NCBI GenBank assembly: GCA_944377485.1
Contig: CALWFB010000001.1
Location: forward strand, 94,095-158,094
DNA length: 64,000 bases
Origin: an uncultured Clostridia bacterium
GTDB lineage: Bacteria > Bacillota > Clostridia > Christensenellales > UBA1242
Reading direction: 5' to 3'
Shown one piece after another: positions 56,801-64,000 of the stretch. Made by a program: the position numbers and the translations under genes. The notes beneath the pieces were generated by a model that worked only from the letters and a program-made list of their open reading frames with translations, did no database searches and was not told the origin of the DNA. Every line of letters begins with the position of its first letter. The stretch's first letter is position 1.

Positions 56801-59800
56801 TCAGTTGTTAAAAGTTGATGTCAATTATATCTATGAAAATACACCAATAGAGAACTTATCGGATATAAATGAGGTGGCGGTTATTACATTGAATGTTGAT
56901 TCAAGTATTGAAACTCCAACGTTGAGTGTGGTTGGAGACAGTATAAAGATTGCTCGTGTCGAATTGCCAGAGTTGACAGCTACAAAAGATAATACATCAG
57001 ACGACAATTCAGTAAAAATTTCCTTTAAAACTAATGATACAGACTTTGATAAGACATATGTAGTAGAGATATATAATCTTGTTGATGGAGAAAAATCAAA
57101 TACTGTGGAAGTGAGATATTCTGACACTGATGCAGTCGCAAATACGATAACCTTTAATCTTGACGATTATACGCTGATAGGAGATATCTATATTTCATAT
57201 TATATCTTGACTAGTGGTGAATATATATCAGATGGAGATACTGTTTATGTGTTCAATTCAGACACATCAAATGAATTGAAATTTACTAAAATTGATACCG
57301 TTTCAAATATCATAGTGTCAGGAGGATTTGTCACATTTGATGCGGTTGAGAATGCTGTTGGTTATGAAATATACAAAGAAACAGCATCTGGATATCAAAA
57401 AGTCAATACGGGACTGTTGACTACTACGAGCTATAATTTAGCGAATGAAACAGGAAATATTAAATTGTATATCAAAGCAATTTCAGCAGATAATGGATAT
57501 ACTAATGCAAATTTAAGCGAAGTAGTTAATGTAAACAAACTGGCAACTCCTGTGTTCAGTGTTGAAAATGGTATGATTGTTTTGACATTGTCACAGGATG
57601 CAGTCACATTATTAGAGGCGGGCACAGTAGATTGTACCATTCATATAATAAATGGCTCAAAAGAATATTATTTAAATATAGATAGTGAAGATGTCACATT
57701 AAATAATGATAAACTTTATATTGAACCATACTTGGTACTTGGCTATGGTGTTAGTTCGTTGCTAAAAGAAAACTTAGTTATCAATATCAATGTAAACTAT
57801 GTAGATAGTGAACAAATGATTTATTACCTAAATTCTAATAGTATTTCAGTAGAAGTATATGGATTGTTTGCTCCTTCAAATACACAAAAATATACTTCAC
57901 AAGAGGACGATAGAGAGATAATTGAACATATCTCATGGGTAGGAAGTCAAAATAATATGCTTGATGGTGTTGATGTAGGCTATGGCTACATTTTAAGAAT
58001 TCAAGTTGGCGATAATGTATATTATAGTTCTGATACAAGATTAAAATTTATAGATTCAGATGATGAAACAATATTAAATACCTATCCAAGCATTTTACAA
58101 GATGTCAATGTGATTTTCCCTTACGGATATGATGCTGATGGTGATGGTGTAATTTCAGAAACAGAAAAGTTCTTGGCTGGGGAATATCACATTAGCGTAA
58201 AAGCCCTTCCAAAAACACAAAGTGGATATAATTTGCTTTCAAGCGCTTATTCTCTTGACTATGTAGTATATATAATGGAAACTCCGTATTTAGATGCAAG
58301 TCAAGGTAGTATTATTTGGCAAGTTGATGAACAGGCAACTAGTTATGTAGTTAGAATCTATGATTCTGATTTTACAACAGAGATTGATAGAGAAGTGATT
58401 ACGGAAACAAAATTTGACTTTTCTAATGAAAAGTTTAATAGTTATTTTGGTTTATATGGAATAAGTGTTCAATCAATCAGTACACGTGAAAATGTGTTGA
58501 ATAGCGAAACTAGCGAAATTATGCAAGTATTCAGAATGCCTGAAATAGATAGTGTGACTGTTGATGATGGTTCATTAGTGATTCATGCAAACAGATACTT
58601 TAACGAAGCAGAAATACAGTTTGTAGATAGTGCAGCTAATAGAACGGAAAGCTTGATATATTCTCGTGCGGAAGATGCGGCTAATCAATTGACAGCATTG
58701 GGAATTACTAAATGGGGAGATTTACAGGAAGATAATGTCACTCAACTTTATACTGTAAATAAATATATAGTAGAAATTTCTGAATCCGATATATTGAATA
58801 TTTTAGTTAACAGAAGTTATAGCATCAACATACGGTTGAAGGGTAATTCAAATAGAAGTTTATGTGTAATGAATTCAATTCAAACAATAAAAGTTAGTGA
58901 ATTAATTGGTACAAAACTTAACACCAACATATTCGAAGTTAGCAAAGGAATATTACAATTTAATAGTACAGATGATTATGAATCGGTAGACTTGAATTAT
59001 AATTTTAACAATCAAGATATATTAGATGAAAACAGTTTCTGGAATGACACCATTGTATATAAATTGACGATTACAACTCCAACAAGTTATGTAATTTATG
59101 CGGTGGATTATTATAGATTCTTAGATGCGATTTCTAATTCAAAATTATCAAGTGATGAATATGCACTGATGGATGAAAGTTTGTCTAATCTTTATGCATA
59201 TGTCAAATTTAATTACACAGACGAAGATGGCGCAAAAACTTTATACTTTAACGTATTCAAAGATAATAGTATTAATTTAAAAGATTATAATACTTTATAT
59301 TATTATCCTATTGATGTGACGGTAGAGAATGGAGAATTTATCTATACAGGTGCGGAAAGCGAAAGAGCATATTCTACAATAGATTTATCTAATGGCGGGT
59401 CATTCGTTATACGAGTAAATATGTTGGGTGGAGATAGTATAATTTCAAGAGATACTGGTTCGCAAGCAATCACTTCACATACTGCATATTTAACGGCAAA
59501 TACCAATACTTCTAATACATTCATTAGATATAGTGAAAATGTTTTGACTTCATATTTAGGGAAAATTAAATTGAATAATCAAAGTCCGGTTGATGAATCA
59601 GACATGGTAATTGATTATCCTTTATATGAATTGACTATTACAAAACTAAATACGGTAGATTCTCAAATCGTATACTTGTATTACAACACGGAAGAAGAAG
59701 CTCGCCAAATTGTTGACAGCCCAGATGCAATTTATGTAAAAGTGACTTTTGATGAATTAAATGCAATATTGTTTGACATGTCAGAATGTTTAGATGATAC

Positions 59801-62729
59801 AGGAAATTATATATTCTCGTCAGGCAGTTATGAAATTTCAGTTCGTACGATTGCTGGACTTGGTAATAGCACGCTTGAAAATGCATCTGACTATCTATTA
59901 AATTCAAAAGCTCCAACAAATAGTTATATTTATAATAAAATTTCAGACACATCAGTATATGCAGAAAATGGAGTTTTGAAATTTGCATTGTCAAGTATTA
60001 ATAGTAATAATACAACAATATACATTTATGATTATGAAATCACAATAATTGATGATACAGGCACTCCTCATACATATCAAATCACACGGGATAGTGAGGG
60101 TATTAGTATTGATTCAGCTAATCATATAGTCACATATGAATTGCCGTCTAGCATTGATATCAATGGAGAAATTCTAAATATAGAAGACGCAAAAGAATAT
60201 TCAATCAAAGTAAAAGGTTTGGCACAAAGCAACCAATATGTATTGAATGGAAGTTTCATCAAAGATAATGCTGTGGATAGAGAGTTTGAATTCTCAAAAT
60301 CAACAGGTATTAGTACAACAAGTGGAGAAGATTTAAGGATAGAAGATGGTGTGCTAAAATGGAAGGTGTTGGATATAACAAACTATACAACAGTCACTAT
60401 ACAAATTACTTTCTTAGATTCTAATCAAGAGAGAAAAACTATTACATTCACAACTACTGGTACACGTGAAAATGATAGTTATGGAACTTATCAATACCAT
60501 TATTATTCATTCCTAGATGACAGATATCGTTTAGATGACGGTACTGGTACAACCTATATTGATTATGGCATAATTTATAGTATAAAACTGTATGTGGCAG
60601 GTACGACTAATAGTGAACAAGCAGTTTTAAATAGCAACTATTCAAACGAAATTGAAATTGAAAGATTGAATAGAGTTGACGATGCACAATTATTGTCTAT
60701 CAATGGAAATTTGAGCTGGAATTCTGTTGAAAATGTGACTAATTATATTGTCACATTGACTTCTAGTACAAATTCATATGTGTTTACTACCACTACAAAT
60801 TCTATTGATTTCTCAGTGACGACAGACGATACAGGCAAAAGTTTAGAAGCTGGGACATATTCAGTAAATATTAGAGCTATGGGAGACGAACAAATCAATT
60901 CAAGATTAACCAATTCTAGTCACTCATTTATAAAATTATCTCCTGTGGAAAATATTGGTGTTGATAGTGGAAATCTCAATAGAATACGTTGGGATATTAA
61001 TGAAGACGCACAAGGATATTGGGTCAAATTCACATATAATACTAGTGATGGAGTGTCGACAGAACATGAAGAAACTATTTCAGGAAGTGAAAACAATTCA
61101 ATCCAGGCTCCTACTGGAATGACTGGTCAATATACAGTTCAGGTTAGAGCAATGGGTATAGGATATGGATATGTATTCAATAGTGAGAGCAGTTCATATA
61201 CCAGTTCAAAAGATAGACCAAATCCTGTCGGTGCAGTGTTGTATGATAATGAACAATATAGATATTATTGGACAACTGCTTCTGATTTCGGTGAAGGAGA
61301 TAGGTTAAGAATTACATATAATTTCAGACCATATATTCAAGCATCGTCTGGAATAGAATTGTCTAGTGATATACAATCTGTTGTGGTAAATTATAGTTAT
61401 AATCAGGCTGGAACATATTTCATACAAGATTCAATTAAATATTACTATTACGCTCCTACTGTAATGGGACAAATAACCAGCTTTATGGTACAAGTTGAAC
61501 GTGAAGGCAGTCTATATTCAGCAACAAGTAGAGGAGAGGATATTACAATGAATATATACAGCATCGGTTCAGGTACAGCAGAAGACCCATATGGGCTTGA
61601 TAGTGTTGATGAATTGATGGAAATAGGACATTTTGCTAATGCCAACTTTAAATTATTGTCTGCAATAAGTTTTGCTCAAACAAATATTTCTGATTTAATA
61701 GAAGAAAAAGGTGCTATTGTTTGTGAAACATTCAGCGGAACACTTGACGGTAATGGTTATGCAATCTATGGATTTGGCAATGTACAATTGTCAAATATCA
61801 ATCAATTTGCATTATTTAGTAATTTAAATGGTGCGACTATTAAAAATATTGTCTTTGGAGAGTCGACAGTCGATACAATTATTACAAATACATTTGCCAA
61901 TACTAATAGTGATATGGTAAACTTAGCATTGATAGCAAATAATGCGAACAATGCAACAATAGAGAATATTACAACACATAATGTGAAGTTCGTTCTTGCA
62001 GGTTCTGGAAGATTAAGTAGCAATGTATATGTTGGAGGTTTATTAGGTGAAGCCACTGATACAACAATTTCGGGTTCTATCTTAGAGATTGAAGTACAGT
62101 TTGATGTAGACTTTACTTCTAGCAGTTATATAGGTGGTATAATCGGTTATGCTACAACTTCTACAATCAACTCAAGCTCTGATAGAGAAACAGAATTGAC
62201 ATTTACTATCACTCAGGCGAAAACTAATAGAACATTCACATATATAGGTGGAGCTATCGGATATTTAATAGGAGATGATGGTAGAAGTAGCGGAATATTT
62301 GAGGCAACGGTAGATGTATCGTTTAACAATATTTACGCTAGCAATCTTGGTGGATTAATTGGCTTTATGAGTAGAGCAACTGTTCAAGAAAGTACTGTTA
62401 ATGGAAATATCACACATACAGGAATTAGCAATAGTACAAATATTGGTGCAGTTGCAGGTACAAGTCAGAGTGGTATTATCTCTCAAAATAATATTAATTT
62501 GACATTTGATATAGGAATTACCAATGCATCTTCAACAATCTATATTGGTGCAGTGGCAGGAAGATTAACTACAACAGGTTCACTAGATTGTCAAGTTTTA
62601 GATTGTGTGATTGCATACGAATTTGTTGATTGTACAGTATTGTCAAGTACTGATATCCAATCAATCGGTATTTACGGATATAGCAGTCAGACCAATGTAA
62701 TTGTTTCTGGTTGCACACAGCGAAGTTAA
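53883..62729 (+). CDS. Giant (2,948 aa) modular surface lipoprotein: Big_2 domain, more than 20 FN3-like modules, one EF-hand-like loop, C-terminal GLUG-motif beta-helix
   Basis: Lipobox LLIFGC|ENK. Big_2-like segment (LLVGESYTPNVSVTPSYATDSSYTLTSNNSAVVAINGNSILAVSEGNTTIRV). Repeated ~85-95 aa modules, e.g. LDTPRNLTYNASTQTFTFDNVNNATSYTIRING, STISWNNVNNASSYSIYIDN, NLISWQAVEYANSYAIEITY. The C-terminal module GSGTAEDPYGLDSVDELMEI...FSGTLDGNGYAIYGF is followed by at least 6 GLUG-like repeats (YVGGLLGEA, YIGGIIGYA, YIGGAIGYL, NLGGLIGFM, NIGAVAGTS, YIGAVAGRL). Confidence 0.9.
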   Translation: MSILKNKKFYMCLILAFVSLLIFGCENKTPVEDISFKEDEIVLLVGESYTPNVSVTPSYATDSSYTLTSNNSAVVAINGNSILAVSEGNTTIRVRSNDNNLIEDVMTVIVRKNKTTLDTPRNLTYNASTQTFTFDNVNNATSYTIRINGHEINLGNSNTYSLFQYDLEFGNAFDTVLTVQVMANAPTYSQAFINSAFSSELIIYQNSPVVSASITNGTLTFEKNSNSTNYSILINGDEFTRGTSNVIDLTKIPDVYVGNNVTVGIVSLVNDDVKTRNGNNVVYYDSISYDIDAAVLDVTDIAMTMSTISWNNVNNASSYSIYIDNERVANTINNYFDLKTLADFEDIIYKDGGYLIRVEPEIGVNSVNVLKSEMLSEELSFNRFDMPNLSASGNLISWQAVEYANSYAIEITYDEMIVRTTSISNSFSLDNYPAGTNYTFKIYVEGQTFGDVNYLSSPVASIQINKKSDVELSIVDYVLTFNSQIGDSYKIEFNTIDDTISETIEADSDVFEFDLSTYSFMAGQNEVVVTHLGDNSTAFDSNTTTIQFIQLESIDDIEITNGVAKVNVSEINESAEIKFTITGEKGTNIQISGNEVSLNSQDSSLENYLQSDNYTITVYVYGDGQNTFSVGGKVATICASKPFVVLGVPSVSLLDKDSASLTISDVLGAEKFNIYTLTDDEYILTEELIQNNYDFTLNNGEMSIKIQTVGDGTNYLNSVLSDEIKIIRLSTPLLSYDSTTDIITRTDSNPSEYVKNFTFKFNNVENDYAFDNSPFTEFVVGENILTLKANAVDSSSNIFYLNSFEYQLTIDMIDNSTDITIDGNNRLVITPKNQDIEYNINLIITIDEEMSFEGNDGVLTCGDDTLNYIYEDGSYYIDLLNPDYTPIIAEMNKNFNVRVKFISDSTGEDSTANSAFTADKSITLLTKTTAGREGQYITISNIVQTNTYVNYALLINNTYCLNLDGSTVVDSDNQLLKVDVNYIYENTPIENLSDINEVAVITLNVDSSIETPTLSVVGDSIKIARVELPELTATKDNTSDDNSVKISFKTNDTDFDKTYVVEIYNLVDGEKSNTVEVRYSDTDAVANTITFNLDDYTLIGDIYISYYILTSGEYISDGDTVYVFNSDTSNELKFTKIDTVSNIIVSGGFVTFDAVENAVGYEIYKETASGYQKVNTGLLTTTSYNLANETGNIKLYIKAISADNGYTNANLSEVVNVNKLATPVFSVENGMIVLTLSQDAVTLLEAGTVDCTIHIINGSKEYYLNIDSEDVTLNNDKLYIEPYLVLGYGVSSLLKENLVININVNYVDSEQMIYYLNSNSISVEVYGLFAPSNTQKYTSQEDDREIIEHISWVGSQNNMLDGVDVGYGYILRIQVGDNVYYSSDTRLKFIDSDDETILNTYPSILQDVNVIFPYGYDADGDGVISETEKFLAGEYHISVKALPKTQSGYNLLSSAYSLDYVVYIMETPYLDASQGSIIWQVDEQATSYVVRIYDSDFTTEIDREVITETKFDFSNEKFNSYFGLYGISVQSISTRENVLNSETSEIMQVFRMPEIDSVTVDDGSLVIHANRYFNEAEIQFVDSAANRTESLIYSRAEDAANQLTALGITKWGDLQEDNVTQLYTVNKYIVEISESDILNILVNRSYSINIRLKGNSNRSLCVMNSIQTIKVSELIGTKLNTNIFEVSKGILQFNSTDDYESVDLNYNFNNQDILDENSFWNDTIVYKLTITTPTSYVIYAVDYYRFLDAISNSKLSSDEYALMDESLSNLYAYVKFNYTDEDGAKTLYFNVFKDNSINLKDYNTLYYYPIDVTVENGEFIYTGAESERAYSTIDLSNGGSFVIRVNMLGGDSIISRDTGSQAITSHTAYLTANTNTSNTFIRYSENVLTSYLGKIKLNNQSPVDESDMVIDYPLYELTITKLNTVDSQIVYLYYNTEEEARQIVDSPDAIYVKVTFDELNAILFDMSECLDDTGNYIFSSGSYEISVRTIAGLGNSTLENASDYLLNSKAPTNSYIYNKISDTSVYAENGVLKFALSSINSNNTTIYIYDYEITIIDDTGTPHTYQITRDSEGISIDSANHIVTYELPSSIDINGEILNIEDAKEYSIKVKGLAQSNQYVLNGSFIKDNAVDREFEFSKSTGISTTSGEDLRIEDGVLKWKVLDITNYTTVTIQITFLDSNQERKTITFTTTGTRENDSYGTYQYHYYSFLDDRYRLDDGTGTTYIDYGIIYSIKLYVAGTTNSEQAVLNSNYSNEIEIERLNRVDDAQLLSINGNLSWNSVENVTNYIVTLTSSTNSYVFTTTTNSIDFSVTTDDTGKSLEAGTYSVNIRAMGDEQINSRLTNSSHSFIKLSPVENIGVDSGNLNRIRWDINEDAQGYWVKFTYNTSDGVSTEHEETISGSENNSIQAPTGMTGQYTVQVRAMGIGYGYVFNSESSSYTSSKDRPNPVGAVLYDNEQYRYYWTTASDFGEGDRLRITYNFRPYIQASSGIELSSDIQSVVVNYSYNQAGTYFIQDSIKYYYYAPTVMGQITSFMVQVEREGSLYSATSRGEDITMNIYSIGSGTAEDPYGLDSVDELMEIGHFANANFKLLSAISFAQTNISDLIEEKGAIVCETFSGTLDGNGYAIYGFGNVQLSNINQFALFSNLNGATIKNIVFGESTVDTIITNTFANTNSDMVNLALIANNANNATIENITTHNVKFVLAGSGRLSSNVYVGGLLGEATDTTISGSILEIEVQFDVDFTSSSYIGGIIGYATTSTINSSSDRETELTFTITQAKTNRTFTYIGGAIGYLIGDDGRSSGIFEATVDVSFNNIYASNLGGLIGFMSRATVQESTVNGNITHTGISNSTNIGAVAGTSQSGIISQNNINLTFDIGITNASSTIYIGAVAGRLTTTGSLDCQVLDCVIAYEFVDCTVLSSTDIQSIGIYGYSSQTNVIVSGCTQRS

Positions 62730-62740
62730 AAGGGGAATGT

Positions 62741-63322
62741 ATGAATTATTCAGACGAGATTTTAGAGAACAAAGCATTCAATTTCTTTAAACAATTAATG
62801 TACAATATTGTTTTGGCAATATGTATAATACTTGTTGTTTGTTTAGTACTTGTGTATGGCTTTAAATTTAGGCCATACGAAGTACTATCAAACAGTATGG
62901 CACCAGAATTTGTTGCGGGAGATATGATTGTAGTAAAAGCACAAAAAGAATATGTTGAAGGCGATATTTTAAAATTTGATAATGCAGGGCTACCTGTCAC
63001 TCACAGGCTTTTAGATATTCGAGAAGTTGATGGTGTCACATATTATCTATGTCATGGTGATAGCGTTTCTGATTTGACACAAGAAGATGTTAAGCAAATG
63101 TCTTGGGAAGAGGTGTTAGATGATGGTACAATTCAACGTGTCAGATTAGAAAGTATTGAAGGAAAAGTTGTGGCAAGTTTAAAGAACTGGGGTTCATATT
63201 TTAATTTTGTCAGTGAGCACAAACTTTTAATCATTGCCATTATCGTATCAATCTGGTGTGTCAGTGCTACTGCACAAAATGAGATTGAAATGAAAAAGAG
63301 TAGGAGATTGTTGGACAAATGA
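62741..63322 (+). CDS. sipW: Signal peptidase I, ER/archaeal (SipW) type
   Basis: N-terminal TM helix. Catalytic Ser in VLSNSMAPEFVAGDMIVV, conserved His in LPVTHRLL, and CHGDSVSD. There is no Lys-type GDNRxxSxDSR box. C-terminal TM helix. ATG at 62741 lies 11 nt after the giant-gene stop, with AAAGGGGA RBS. Confidence 0.85.
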   Translation: MNYSDEILENKAFNFFKQLMYNIVLAICIILVVCLVLVYGFKFRPYEVLSNSMAPEFVAGDMIVVKAQKEYVEGDILKFDNAGLPVTHRLLDIREVDGVTYYLCHGDSVSDLTQEDVKQMSWEEVLDDGTIQRVRLESIEGKVVASLKNWGSYFNFVSEHKLLIIAIIVSIWCVSATAQNEIEMKKSRRLLDK

Positions 63323-64000
63323 TAAAAAGAGCAAAAACTAAGAAAAACTTTATAAAAGTTTTATGCGTCATATTAGGCGTAGTTTTTGCATTATCTATGG
63401 GGTATACTTTTGCTGCCGAAATTTTAAATTTTGAATTCGGTAGCAATTCTTATTCTACAACAACTTATGCTACGAATCAGCAGTATACAATCATTAATGA
63501 TACCATCAATAATCCTATACCATTTGGTACGGGGGCTCATAATTATGAAGTGGCAATAGAATATTCTTTTGGTTATGATTTTGATATACGAATAAAATAC
63601 TCACTTGAATGGAATGGAGGTAATAATACAGATATTAATAATGTCATTTTGAATTATGCCAATCGAGATGCGTATATTGTGGATAACGAATATATTTATT
63701 ACAAAGATACAATTTCAGCGGGCAATGGAACTTTAATGTTATTTACTGGTGTAGACTTTATTGACTCATCAGATGAATCATATATAGGAGCATCGTTGAC
63801 AATCAATATAGATGAGGTGCGAATATATAAAGAGGGCGACACATATGATGAGACACATTCACTATATGTCGATAGTGAAGCAGGAAGAGCATGGTTAAAA
63901 TACAAAAACAGTTCAACCATTGAAGGAGCATACGTTTTAATCTATAATAAACGCTCAGAAGAAAATTATTATATATCACATCCAGGCTTGGAATCTGCCT
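63319..64000 (+). CDS. Secreted protein with a SipW-type signal (possible TasA-like fibre subunit), 3'-truncated by the window edge
   Basis: Not in the ORF track because there is no stop before the window end. The ATG overlaps the sipW stop (AATGA, 63318-63322). The frame is open for 227 codons. N-terminus: MIKRAKTKKNFIKVLCVILGVVFALSMGYTFAAEILNF (basic n-region, hydrophobic core, TFA-A-E resembling the TFAYF SipW-cognate motif). Confidence 0.6.
   Translation, partial: MIKRAKTKKNFIKVLCVILGVVFALSMGYTFAAEILNFEFGSNSYSTTTYATNQQYTIINDTINNPIPFGTGAHNYEVAIEYSFGYDFDIRIKYSLEWNGGNNTDINNVILNYANRDAYIVDNEYIYYKDTISAGNGTLMLFTGVDFIDSSDESYIGASLTINIDEVRIYKEGDTYDETHSLYVDSEAGRAWLKYKNSSTIEGAYVLIYNKRSEENYYISHPGLESA

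Noticed and set aside
20825-62741. Extended N-terminal starts proposed by the ORF track (20825, 38734, 40362, 42682, 44189, 50745, 62711, 10005, 13367)
   Set aside because: In each case a downstream ATG has a better-placed RBS, removes an implausible overlap, or yields the canonical N-terminus (signal peptide, L1 MKRSK..., SipW MNYSD...). Starts were trimmed accordingly, but remain predictions.
62741-63322. Possibility of an alternative genetic code (TGA = Trp) given the very low GC content
   Set aside because: sipW ends at a TGA that yields a normal-length protein overlapped by the next start. Trp is encoded by TGG in conserved positions (e.g. HAW, WLDEA). The standard code fits all conserved genes.

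Overview
Strongly AT-rich 64-kb chromosomal window. It looks like a low-GC, endospore-forming Bacillota (Firmicutes) genome using the standard code (TGA terminates sipW; Trp is TGG). By eye I can support about 44 protein genes, one T-box riboswitch, a set of near-consensus sigma-A-type promoters, several intrinsic terminators and two tandem-repeat arrays. I found no rRNA, tRNA, CRISPR array, transposase or integrase. The housekeeping backbone is pheS-pheT (T-box controlled), spoIIE-tilS, rmuC, rpmG-secE-nusG-rplK-rplA, dut, a dnaB/dnaD-like gene plus a dnaI-like loader, cysS, a gerA-type germinant-receptor operon, a P-type ATPase and a heterodimeric ABC exporter. About one third of the window (~20.8 kb) is three giant N/T/S/Y-rich modular surface-protein genes: a 5'-truncated tail-anchored protein of more than 2,525 aa (2-7579), a 1,477-aa lipoprotein with a transglutaminase-like C-terminus (14949-19382), and a 2,948-aa lipoprotein ending in a GLUG-type beta-helix (53883-62729). 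Best candidate for an undescribed system: the 2,948-aa lipoprotein is followed, tightly coupled, by an ER/archaeal-type SipW signal peptidase and a secreted protein with a SipW-type signal. This resembles tapA-sipW-tasA with a giant adhesin in the TapA position, and a second orphan TasA/camelysin-like gene sits at 32926. Other items worth a second look: a divergent diadenylate-cyclase-like protein (GGARKRAA instead of GTRHRAA). An 88-bp x3 tandem array between pheS and pheT that reiterates the pheS 3' end. A 109-bp tandem duplication inside an unusually long pheS T-box leader. Several enzyme-family members with altered catalytic motifs (transglutaminase Cys->Ser, DAGK-like VGDEQ, degenerate macro domain). 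All calls rest on reading the sequence and the ORF track and on remembered family motifs; no database search or folding was run.
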